From: Cystobasidiomycetes sp. EMM_F5
Lineage: Eukaryota
Assembly (NCBI GenBank): GCA_051047955.1
Contig: JBPGPT010000004.1
Coordinates: 62,001-126,000, forward strand
Reading direction: 5' to 3'
DNA: 64,000 nucleotides
Under the pieces are notes generated by a model. That model was not told where the DNA came from. It saw only the letters and a list, made by a program, of their open reading frames with translations, and searched no databases. How positions within the stretch are numbered: the stretch's first letter is position 1; each line of letters begins with the position of its first letter. Both the position numbers and the translations under genes were made by a program. Of the stretch, positions 12,754-23,996 are shown one piece after another.

Positions 12754-15737
12754 TTAATCTACCATGTCACTAGTCTGACTCGCGTCCATCACGGCACTCT
12801 CTTCAAACGACTCCTCGTTTTCAATTTCATTCTGCTCCTGTGCCACGCGCGACGCTGCAGATTGCCTACGAAGGCTGTATCTGCTCGAAGATCGCGTCAT
12901 CCTCCGACCTGTGCTGCTCAAGCCACTCCCGCTTGCCGTCATCTCGCTAGATTCTAACCGAGTATCGCCTGCGGGATGTCCCCGATATCCAGTGTTTTGC
13001 CCTGCATTAATGGCCAAAACTCTGCCGTAGTGTTCCATCTCATCCCTCCTCACCCTCTCGTCTAGTTCTTGGCTGATGATGGGGGATAGCTGCGCAAAGT
13101 GCAGCGCGTCCGTCGATGCATTCGCGTCTTGCGCTAGCGCGTCCTGGAGCGCAATTCGTAAAATTGAAGTAACGGTAGGCTCCCCTGGCTGCAAAGACAG
13201 TGATCGATGGAGAGCTTCGATCGCAGCGTTGCTGTTGCCATTCATGAGGTGGCTCAGACCCAGACTCGAGTATGCGCTGGCAGAAGTAGGGTGTAATTGC
13301 AAAACTCTTTCGAAGCATGCAATAGCATCATCAAAATTGCCCAGCTTGTGGTGAGCTTGACCCATATTGAGATGAGTGGCCGACCACGCTGTTGGTGAGG
13401 ATTGCACGCTTTCTGCGCAGTGCAAAGCTCGCGTAAAGAAGTCGGTAGCCTCGGCATATCGTTCGTTGTAGTAGGCAGCGACGCCCTTTTCATTCAGTAG
13501 GAGAGGATCCGTCTGACACATGGAGTAAGCAGCGTCGAGATACTCGTCTGCTGCCTTGATGTTAGACAGCAAAATATACTGCATGCCGACAAACATTATT
13601 GGGAGATGTGATCTGATGTGCAGTTGGCAGAAACTTAATCTTTATACGTAGCCGCTAGAAAAGACCGCTCTCACCCTTGCAGATGCCGCTGCGCAGTCGA
13701 GTAAGCTGTAATAGCCTGATCGTGCTCGCCCTCGAGAGCAAAAGAGTGCGCAAAGCTGATCCAAGCTGGCCCAAAGCGATTATCGATGAGTAAAGCCTTG
13801 CCAAAATATCGTCTCGCTTCCTCCCATTTTTGCCCAACATAGTACCACAACCCTACAGCATACCACGATAGCACACTTTCGGGTTCTCGATCCACCAGCT
13901 CGTGTGCCAGGAGAAACAGCTGAGACCGCAAGTGAGGCAGGTGCTGCATACATGCTAGATGTAGCGATAGAGATGCAGCATGGGAGTCGTGTTCTCGCAT
14001 GATTCTTAGCAGACGTTGTCAGTACACGCGTGGGCACGTATGACGTCCTGATACTTACTTTGTAGTAATCTGAAAACAATCGGCATACCGCATTGACGTA
14101 TACAGCTCGTCCGCCAACCCAAAGAGGACATCCGCATCGTTTGACAGACCATACTCGTTCATGAGTGTATTGCTGCAACGTTCTATCTCTTCTCGATGCG
14201 CAAGCTGCCCATGGCTGCGTAAGCGAATGTGTCCGTCTCGGTAACGAGAATATAGCTTGCCTTCTTCAGCCGTATAGTGTACATCATACGGATAAATTCT
14301 GCATCATCTGGAGTCTGCTGTGCGTACTGAAGTCCCTGGATGAACGCCCATTCTGCCGATCCCGCACTCAGTTGGATATACGAGCAAGCCCATGGCAATT
14401 TCCTGCTCACCTTCTTGCACATCCATCATATTACCGCTTACAAGCGCATCAAAGCTCTCGTAGCATTTGACATCTATACTAAGTGCTTCAATAAAACATT
14501 CTTTGGCACGGTCCATCGAATTGAGGTGTAATTGCACTAAGCCTCGCAGATGACACATGGACGCTTCAAACTGGATTTGCGACCGACATCAGCTGTTCTA
14601 TTCATTCGAAAACGCGAGATTGACAAACCTTGATGCCACCATCGCCACGCGCGCTGTTCGACCTATCTCCTGCAGCCTTGCCTTTTTGTTGTTCTCGGAA
14701 AGGATTCACCTCGCCGAGTATGTCCATAGCGTTCGACCACTTTTCTTGCCGGATCATTGCTTGTGCTGCTAAATATCTGCAGGCTACGCTAATATCGATC
14801 AAGCGAACGCAGGCAGTGTCGGCGTCGTGGCGCCCATTACCGTTGAGCTGATTGGCGTTCGTTGGACGAATAGTAGACGGCGCAGTCTGTAGTGTCGAAG
14901 TCTGACTCTCTGCAAAGGTCGCATGTTCTGACCCGCTGCTGCTCGGTTGAAGTGGTTGCCTTGGGTGAGTGTGCTGGGTCTGATCGACATGTCCAATGCC
15001 AGTGCTGTGCTGCTTTGCGCCAGCCTGGGTATGTGCCTGCTGCGGCATGTTCTCTTCGGACTCCATATCCCAAGACGACGTGAGGACCCGCTCAGCACGG
15101 CTGAACATGCCGCCTGCAAAATAGCTCTGCGCCAGCCAGAAACCGTCGTTGGGATCCCGGGTCTTTGTAAAGACTTTGCTGCCCCAGAAAATGGCAGTGG
15201 TGTACAGATGTTGGTTGAGGGCGTCGTTTCGCCATATTCTCATTCGGTCAGTCAACGTCCAGGTTGCGGCAGAGGAGGATGCTAGCGAGCTGTCTGATAA
15301 CATGTCATCCTCGACGTCTTCATCTACGAGTAAGAGATAGCTGTAAGAATTGAATAGTCATCGGAGCGATCAGACCTACTCGTAGTGAACGCGCCGGATG
15401 TCGAGGCGGTATTGTCATCGGGAAAGAGGGAGGTATTGTCGACAAAGGTAGACACGCCATCGGATGGCCCACTCGATCCAATCCTTGTCTGCAGAGGTGT
15501 GGAGATGACCCTCTTTCCAGTTCGAACGCTGGCCAGCTGTGGAGGTTGTGTGCCTGAAGAGTGTGATACATCCTGTGATGCCCCAGCTACGCCGTCAAGT
15601 CCGCTATCCGCAGCATTCGACAAAGAGGCTGATGTCGACCGTTCTACTCTGCTTGACCCGTGCCTTTTACGCGTTCTTGGATCCGTCCTTGGACTCAGAG
15701 TCAATGAGGATGTGTTGTGTTGGTCGAGGCGAAGCAT
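12754..15737 (-). CDS. CDC16: Anaphase-promoting complex subunit Cdc16/Cut9 (TPR), multi-exon; 5' end uncertain (frame stays open to ~16000)
   Basis: RMRIWRNDALNQHLYTTAIFWGSKV, ACRYLAAQAMIRQEKW, SMCHLRGLVQL..AKECFIEALSIDVKCYESFD, SWYAVGLWYY, FGPAWISFAHSFALEGEHDQAITAYSTA, DPLLLNEKGV. Confidence 0.92.
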
Positions 15738-16210
15738 GACGGAAGGACTGGGTACTCCAAACGCAGCAGGAGTACTTGCGGCATTGCTATTGTACGCAGC
15801 TGCAGCACGAGCCTGCCTGAACTGGGAAGCTCCTGCGGCGGCACTTGAAGTTCGCGTATTGGTTTGACCATCTCTGGGACGGCGTTGATTCCTTGATCCA
15901 TTCAGCAGCGTTGGCGGGGCTGGCGTCGACGTGGAAGCTATCGCATTCTGGCCTGGCTGGCTTCCAGCTGTTGCTGCTGCCCGACGGTCAGTACGGCGAG
16001 GAAGCGGCTAAGTGGTCGATGTTTTTGCAAGAGTCATTCAGAGCGAGTGTAGCATCAATTAGCACTTGAACATTCATTGCATGTCCAGACCTACAAGCGC
16101 AGGTCTCCCGCTGGCCATTTGCCAAAGATTGGACAGATTGCAAGCAATTTAGAAACTCGAAATCAGGTTGGCTTCCTACTTGCACGAATTACAAACCAAC
16201 AACTGCTACC

Positions 16211-16933
16211 ATGTCTTCAGAAGCTGGCCCATCGTCCACTCCAGTCAGAGCCAATAAAGTCGTCTACTGCGAGAGTCAGTCTACTTTGCAATGATCACTT
16301 GCCCGCAAATATGCTGACTTTAAACCACCGCCAGTCTGCACGTATCCACCCGAGTACTGCTCGTACGGCTCCCGTCTCTCTAAATGCAAGCAATGGCTGT
16401 CCAAGGCCCATCCCAGCCTCTTCTCGCAATACTACGGCAATGACGACACAGAAGCATCCTCGAGTGCTCCGACCAACGGAGCGACAGCGGACGATGACGG
16501 ACAAGTCACTGCTACAACCGAGAAGCTCAAAGGAATGAGCGTCGACGAGGAGAAAGAAGCTGCTAAAAAGGAAGCAAAGGCCGAACGCAAGGCGGCAAAG
16601 GAGGAGGAAAGGCGTCTGAGCTCCAAAGTAATCATCAAGAGAGTGGAAAGAACAAAACGCAAGATGACGACAAGCGTGCAAGGCTTGGAAGCATTCGGTA
16701 TCGACCTCAAGAAGTCATCAAAAATGTTTGCCAATAAATTCGCTACCGGTGCGAGCGTGAGCAAGAATGCAGCAGGCGAGGACGAGATTGTCATTCAGGG
16801 CGACGTTGCGTACGAGGTTGAGGAGATGCTGCTCAAGACGACAGGCAAAGAGGGAGACCTCTTCAAGGGCGCGGTGCCAGAAGACAATATCGAGGTAGTC
16901 GATGTCAAGATGAAGAAGAAGGCGGAAGAGTGA
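16211..16933 (+). CDS. TMA22: Translation machinery-associated protein 22 (DENR, SUI1 domain)
   Basis: KVVYCE|VCTYPPEYCSYG..CKQWL N-terminal Zn motif; VIIKRVERTKRKMTTSVQGLEAFGIDLKKSSKMFANKFATGASVSKNAAGEDEIVIQGD. Confidence 0.93.
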
Positions 16934-17004
16934 TCAGTGACTTTGCAATACGATTCGTTTGATGCCGCCTGCAAGCTATCTACCAACGAGAAAAACTAAT
17001 GACA

Positions 17005-17104
17005 GACAAAGTGCGAAGAGGATGAAGAAATACGCTACGATGGCAAAACCTGACGACAATGTGCAAAGAGGCTGAAGAAGTACGCTATGACCTCAAAAGC
17101 TGCT
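17005..17104. repeat. Imperfect 2-copy tandem repeat, 50-bp period
   Basis: gacaaagtgcgaagaggatgaagaaatacgctacga... at 17005 vs gacaatgtgcaaagaggctgaagaagtacgctatga... at 17055. Confidence 0.8.
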
Positions 17105-17171
17105 GATTGATCCTGGCTGGACAGCTGATCGTCTCTCCACCTAAGTACTCCCCCATAGCTGACAGGCCAGA

Positions 17172-17860
17172 CTAAAGGCGGACAGTGCGACCTCTGATGA
17201 ACCGCGGGTGATATACATGATTCTGTCGATGGCGTTGAGCTTGGATGGAGGCGATCATTTCGTGACCAACGTAAATGAAGACGATGATTGGGACCACGAC
17301 ACCAATCCCGAGGACAGTGGCAGTGCCATACAAGGCAGCCTTGCCGGTGACGACGGCAACCTTGCCGGCAGCCTTCTTTGGATTGCTTTTGGCGCGCAGT
17401 AGAGCATCCTTGATCCGTTCATGCATTGGGAGGAATTTGCGGAGATCTCGTTCGGCAATAATCATTTCGTCCCTCTGCCAGCCGTCGGAATCCTTCTCAA
17501 AAGTAATAAGTGTCCGCTCGTCACCAGCGTCCGTTCCTTTGCAGAAAAACTCCATGTGCATTTCACCGGGAATGACGGCGTGCAGGTGGTTGAGGGCGGC
17601 TATGAGCTCGTTGCTGTCGACATGGCGGAGCTGATGGACAATGTCGTCGTACGACAGACGTGCATATGGCGAGACCTCGACGAATGGGTTCTTTACGGTC
17701 TTGACTGCACATTCGCGTAATGTGGTGACGAGGTGTCGAGCTGCGCGAGGCAGTTCGTTCAGCGCTGCTTCAGTGCTGCAGAACAAACATAAGACATCAG
17801 TGTCTCGATCTCACGTGCTGAGATCTTTCTGACTGACCCTGGAGCAGCCTTGCTCTCCAT
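17172..17860 (-). CDS. Hypothetical protein, local paralog family A member 1 (208 aa, C-terminal TM segment)
   Basis: Exon1 17860-17838 (MESKAAPG), intron 17837-17776 (gtcagt..ctgat..tgcag), exon2 17775-17172; total 627 nt in frame; similar to genes at 18589 and 22501. Confidence 0.8.
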
Positions 17861-18588
17861 CTTGACGTTGGTAGATCGATGGACGTTGCAGATACTGAAT
17901 GCTAGAGCACAGCGACTGGAGCGCTCAGTTGAAAGTTAGGTGAGATCTGATAGAAGCAGAAGCAACAACGAAGATTGCGACGGCTCGCCATCAATTCAGT
18001 GCGAAGGCGGGCGCTCTCGAATGGCAAGCCGATACACGGGACCTGAAAGGAGGGCACGGAGTGCCGAAGGGATGACTCTACTTGCGCGGCAAGAATGGCC
18101 AGCTGAACTTCTTTGCAGCTTCCCCCTGCATCATTCTCAGACAACGGTAATGTAAGAATCGATATTGCATCCATTCAGCAGGCTAGGAGACGAGCCGGCT
18201 GGCTAGTGGTCTGCCAGGCACAAAGTCGCGGACAAGCTTATTGCGATATATAGGCCATGCTAGCAGATGTATGGTGAAACTTGAAGAGTAGAGCTCGTGA
18301 ACAACAATTGTAGATAAGCTAGCACTCAGATCAACAACAAACAAAGATGAAATTGGCAGGAAAGCCAGAATCCCATGTATCTAATTGCGAAGAACCCGTA
18401 CCATCATTGGTGACAGTCGTCCGTATGCAGAGTGAGGGAATACGGCTTCGCGTTGGCGTGCTGCGAGGCAGATGCATTCTCAGTCTCATGGACAATGTGG
18501 CGAAGCGGAAAGGAAGTAGATGTCGCAAGGGGTTCGAAGCCAAGGCTGAATACTAGGCGAAACTGCAACAAAGCCAGACCTGCGCACG

Positions 18589-19414
18589 TTATCGACGTCG
18601 TCTTGTGTTGTTCGGCTGTGACCACGTCGGAAGGAGGATGGACATCGGAACATGTCGATGCGGGTGCTCTCGAGAGTTGCTCATTTGATTGATATTGTGG
18701 ATGGAGTATCCGAACATCGCGATAAGTGGAGCGGCAAATACATAGCCTAAGCCTACCCTGAGACCGTCGCATGTTGCGGTTGTCACACGGCCGGCATGAC
18801 GGAAACCGCCGTTGAAGGCAGCTGCAAGCCACTTCATCGCGGGTGAGCAAGGATCCTTGAGGATGTACCAGTGGGGAAAGACATCGTCCGGGCCCGTTTT
18901 GCCAATGACTTTGCCACCGAATGCTGCAAAGAAAGCAATCCATTCCGATTCCGAGTGGTCGAGTCCCATTGCGCGTTCTCTTTCATGTCCGTCGGTGTCA
19001 GGACCGAAGCAAATATAAGCGATATATCCTCCTCCTTCCTGTGGCTCTGGTCCATTCGGACCCAGACGCGAATTGTGCGACAGTTCCATGTGGAGCCGGA
19101 CCTGGACCGCGCGCAGATGGGCCACTGCGTCTTTGACGGTTTGTCGATCTGCAGTATCGTATAGCTGCATTACTTTTTTGACTGACAGACGATGGTATGC
19201 ATGACCGGTCTTGTGAGCGCAGTCGGCTAGTTTGGTGAGGGGAGAGTATCGCAATGCTTCGACCAGCTCCTGTGCGGGCTGAGAAAGGGATTCGAGATGC
19301 GCCCGCTCTCTGCAAGAAGAGTGAGCTTGCTATGTTCTCGTGTCTGCGAGTCGCGTAAATAAAATGCTCTCGGACTTACCCCTTGACGGTTGATGGGTGT
19401 TTTGGGCGGCGCAT
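18589..19414 (-). CDS. Hypothetical protein, local paralog family A member 2 (251 aa)
   Basis: Exon1 19414-19380 (MRRPKHPSTVKG), intron 19379-19310 (gtaagt..ttgcag), exon2 19309-18589; 756 nt in frame; HLRAV..HME, FGPDTDGHERE, hydrophobic VGLGYVFAAPLIAMFGY. Confidence 0.8.
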
Positions 19415-19748
19415 GACGAAGATGCGGGGATGAGGTGTCTAGCTGTTAATGAGATTCGAGATGCGTGATGGATAGAGAGAGGTTATTGAACGTGTGAGCA
19501 GAAGGTAACCTGCAACAGCCCCTCTAATCGCAGATTCTGCAGGGCATTCATGCAAAAAGTAGGCAGGCACATCAGCGGCGGGTCAAAACATCTCTGACGT
19601 CCAGCCTGTCTGCGTTGGAAGTTTGATGCTTTTCAGCCTCCATTTCGACCACTGCCAGTGCTGACGCGCCCTCCAAACCTGGTGCTCTCGACGAATATCG
19701 ACATTTGAACCATCGTCCTGCGAGTTGTTTTAAAGACAGACGGTTGTC

Positions 19749-21061
19749 ATGTTTGGCTTCTTCAGCAGTCATGGTCCCAAGTATGTCACACCTGCACCTT
19801 CGCTCAAGGGCAAGACGGCTATCGTGACCGGTCAGTCGCGGTTCAGGTTGAGCTTGGATCAGTCTCGTCATCAAGCTGGAAAACAGCTGAGTCTGTTTAA
19901 ATGCAGGATCCAACGCCGGCATTGGCTACGGTATAGCGCTGTATCTGGTGAGTGCTGAGCATATGTGCCAGCAGATCATCAGGCTCATGCAGCGTCCATC
20001 GTCATCAGGCCTCGTTGGATAGTCGGGTCATCCTGGCTTGTCGTAATGCGCAGAAAGCCGAAGCTGCAAAAGAGAGCATATTGAAGGATCATCCACATGC
20101 TCAGGTAGAGGTTATGCAGCTGGATCTAGCATCGCTGGCCAGTGCGCATCGTTTCGCGGAAGAGTGGGCGAAGCAAGATCGCGCTCACACACCAGGCAAG
20201 TCGAAACATACAGCCATTCAGATGATTCGACCATGTCTAACCCTTCCTTACACAGTCGACCTTCTGTTTTGCAATGGTGGCGGAACATTCATTTCACTCG
20301 CTAAAACCGACGATGGTTTTGAAAACAGTTATCAAGTGCGTCTCAACAATAGACTCCCAGCTGCAGGGTGCTTGACGCTAATGTACATTACCTTCTCTTT
20401 GTCTAGATAAACTATCTCACCCACTTTCTGCTCCTTCGATTGCTGCTGCCGTTTCTGCGGATTGCGGAGACACCGCGAACCGTATTCACCAGTAGCAATG
20501 CTGCGTCATGGGGTAGAGTGGCTCTAGACAACCTCAACTGCGAAAGTATACCCGAATCTAGCTGGTCAGGCTTGGCGAGGCTTAAGACGGGCATGCAAGT
20601 TTACGGAAACAGCAAAGCGATGCAGATGCTCTGCGTAGTCTACCTGCAACGACTGCTGCAAGCCTCGTCAATAGCAGAAGATCACAAGATTGCCATTCAC
20701 GCAGTCTATCCAGGCGCTGTTGCATCCGATATGGCTAAGGCGGATCATCTCGGTGTTTCCAAGCTGATAGCCTTGCCAGCGCATTACGGAATGAAGGCCT
20801 TTGCCAGGTGTAAGTAGCTATATACATCGCTGAATACACGACAACGTTGATCGTTCTGCTTCAGCTATCCATACTGGTGCGATGCCATCACTTTGGGCCG
20901 GACTCAGTAACGAAGCCGGGCAGCGCGAGAATTACGGAAGCTACTGGGACGAGAACTGCGCCAAGCACGATTGGATAAATGATGGTTGCAAGGATGACGA
21001 TTTGATGCAGACTTTTTACGAGCGTAGCTGTAAGGATGCTGGAATTTCAACACAGCTGTAG
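19749..21061 (+). CDS. Short-chain dehydrogenase/reductase (retinol-DH-like), multi-exon
   Basis: KTAIVTG|SNAGIG (TGxxxGxG), VILACRN, QLDLASL, NYLTHFLL, VFTSS, YGNSK (YxxxK), HAVYPGAVAS; last exon ends ...GISTQL* at 21061. Confidence 0.92.
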
Positions 21062-21076
21062 GAACGCCTCGACGCC

Positions 21077-22158
21077 TTACTGTACACAACAATCTTTGCT
21101 GTCTTTCCCCGACTTGCCTCCTCTTGCTTCTATCGCCTGGAGCGTCGCATACCTGACCTTTTCGTCGTCCGTCAAGAGCCTACGGTAATGCGCCATCAGC
21201 GCTGTATCCTGACTGTGTTTCAAAACAACACAAACCCTTTATCCGCACGTCGCTTCAGCGCTGCGGCTGCACTCTCTCGCTCTTTGGCCGCCCGCTTAGA
21301 TGTCGTCCGCTCTTCTTTCATGCCCTTTATTGATGCTTCTAACCTGTTTTCGGTCGGTTCTTTCGCACGCGTTGGGCTCGTAGCTGTCACACGTAGAGTC
21401 TTGCTTTGATGTACCGGTGATGTGGGCGATGTTAATGCGCTTGAACTTCTTGTCGGATTCGAAGATGGTTTGATTGCAGTCTTGATTGACCTAAACACAT
21501 TTTGCGATGACGAAGGAGGAGACGAAGGTGTGTTACTGCTTGTTGAGGCAACTGTACCGCCCTGGGTAGCGTGTGGAACAGGACTGGGCGTACGACTCGG
21601 GAGCATGCTGCATCTATGCTGTTTCGGATCACGATGAGACGGGCAGTGCGAGATGTTGCACTTTTCACACGGTAGCGAGATCACCATCCGGATCTTGCAG
21701 GGTGGGTACGGACATGTTGTTGGGCTCTTTTGCGCTTTGAGCTTCTGGGCTTGTGCGGGACGAAGCAGGCCGTTCTGCTCGTTGACGATACTGCACTTGC
21801 CGCCGTCAATATGCGCAGTCATGGCATCGTTAACATCTACGCTGGTCTGGCCGTCGGCCTTCTTGAGCAAGTCGACAATGGGAAGGACTACCCCACACAA
21901 TGGGCACGTAGTTGCCCGGACGTCATCTCTGCTAAAGTCGTACTTTTCGCAAGCGTGTCCGTCTGGTGTGCGGTGAGAGGAGCAGTATGGCTTGTTGCAG
22001 TGTTGACAGCTGAATGGCAGCAGGTCGGCGACATTGCAGTAAGGGTATGCACAGTGCTGGCCGAAGGCTTCCAGGTGCGTTGGATGAGAGTAATCCGCGT
22101 TGTTATCATCCTTCAGCGTCAGCTTTGCCAGACTTGGTGTCAAAACAGATGTCGACAT
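21077..22158 (-). CDS. AN1-type zinc finger protein (Cuz1/ZFAND-like) with spliced C-terminal CaaX (CCVQ)
   Basis: GQHCAYPYCNVADLLPFSCQHCNKPYCSSHRTPDGHAC and CPYPPC..CEKCNISHCPSHR..HRC; intron 21235-21180 adds exon GLLTDDEKVRYA...KDSKDCCVQ*. Confidence 0.88.
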
Positions 22159-22500
22159 TCTTCAATGCTTGGCACGAAGGGGACAGCGCAAAGGAGACGT
22201 GACAGATGGACAGTAAGGGCAGGTTCAAGAGATCCAGAGTAATTGATGGAGGTGAGTGACTAATATGGCTGCACAGTCCGAGCTTGCGTGGATGCCTTGG
22301 AATCTTCGAGGTTGACAGGCGCTTACGAATACAGACTGCGCTCGACCATGCGGGTTCCGTATGTACTCATAACATGACATGCAGGTCGTGGTCTGCAATG
22401 TCAGAGTGAAAATCAAACAGCCAAGTCATCTTGGCCGCGAGAGGAGACCTGCCACTTCTAAACGACCCAACAACACCGTTCGAAAATGTGCGCACAAGGG

Positions 22501-23405
22501 TCAATTGACATGGACAACATGTATATTAGGGGAGAGACCAGCTATAAGAAATAGAAGGAGACGTCGTCCCAGACGAAGTGTCATCTGGCGAAACACATGG
22601 CGAGCTCGCAGTCCCATCCAGCGGGGCAGCTGGACTAAAGTCCCAATAGCGTTACGTCCCTCTGGAAGCCAGCTGCGGCTGAGGAGCCTACTGATGAGCC
22701 TGTAGAGGAACAGCTCCACATGGTGTAAAGGCAGAGTAGGCAGTCGGTTGTTGCGAACGTGGTTATCGCTCAGAGTGAGGCTGATATATACGAGAATAAC
22801 GATTGGAGCAATTGCAATGGTCCCAACGACGTTGAAGGGGATGACAATAGCCATCTTGGCGACCTTTGCGGCCTTTCGTCCTACTGTGCGCGCAGTCTGT
22901 ATCGGCTGATGACGGGCACGAAGTATTGCCAGCTTGATACGCTCAGATCTCGGAAGCGTAAGAGACTCGAAATGCTGCAGCGTGATGGCATTCTCTGTAC
23001 GCTGCCATCCGTCCGAGTCGGGACGGAAGCTGATGCGGACCCATATGACCGCGATGCTGTTGTGGCCGTTGCTAGTGGTGTAGGTGGCAGTGGGATACAT
23101 CGACCCGGGCGTCACGGCACGTATGTGTTCAGTTGCGCGTCGTGCAGCCCGCTGTTGAAGTGCATTGAAGCGGCAGCTTGGAGCAAACTCGACACTCGAA
23201 TACAGCTTCTTGTTGTCGACTTGTTTCCCGACGCGCGCAATCGCGGCGGTCCGGAGAAGCGCAACAAATGCTTGGGCAGCGGGGCATAGCGTCTCGAGAT
23301 GCTGTCTGGACCTGCCAAGGTGACGGATAATCAGTCTTTGGACCAAGCAGCACCAGCAGCAGCGGTATCTCTTTACCCTGGGACAGTCGACGGTTCCACA
23401 TCCAT
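22501..23405 (-). CDS. Hypothetical protein, local paralog family A member 3 (279 aa)
   Basis: Exon1 23405-23377 (MDVEPSTVPG), intron 23376-23312 (gtaaag..actgat..ggcag), exon2 23311-22501; 840 nt in frame; HIRAVTPGSM, FRPDSDGWQRTE, ERIKLAILRA, TM VIPFNVVGTIAIAPIVILVYISL. Confidence 0.8.
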
Positions 23406-23996
23406 GCCCAAAAGCGAGCCGAGAAGCTGCAGAACAGAGAGGCTGGTGAATCATGATTCCAAATTCCAAGTGTTGTGAATCAGCCGATGTTAGTCTGAAG
23501 GAGGTTAGGTTTGCTGTGTGAGGAGGCGTGGATGTTTGAATGAGGTACAGTACGAGGCAGCACAGATGGAACAGACGGAAGCATGACGTTGACAGCTCCC
23601 GTTGCAGTGTCTGTGGAATGAAGTTGGATATTAAACACCATTGCTGTCGATTAAAGGCGAGGACTTCTGCTCGCCTTTTTGACCGCTGTGCCGGTATGGA
23701 CGCGATCGTGTAAAGCTTCGGCTATCCATCCAATACGAGACAAGTTGCGATACTATCGCTTGCTGCATCACATCTTGCACTCTGCCAGCGTATACCCACA
23801 GATCTGCTTCATCGGGGTTTTTGGCAAACATCACTATTCCTGCTGCCACTTTGCGTCACTCATCATCACGGAGGTCGTCAAGCAATTCTTTGCGAGACAG
23901 GCGAGGCGGACTCTACCATTCGCAACTGCAACATCCCCAATTGCAACATCGCTCTGGGCAAGACTGTGGAACAGCAAAGATAATCTACCTCCGGGA

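Noticed and set aside
17005..17104. Short direct repeats as a possible CRISPR-like array
   Set aside because: Only two adjacent imperfect copies, no spacers, eukaryotic context, no cas genes.
17172..17183. C-terminal VRL of family A member 1 as PTS1
   Set aside because: Non-consensus tripeptide and not shared by the other two paralogs.
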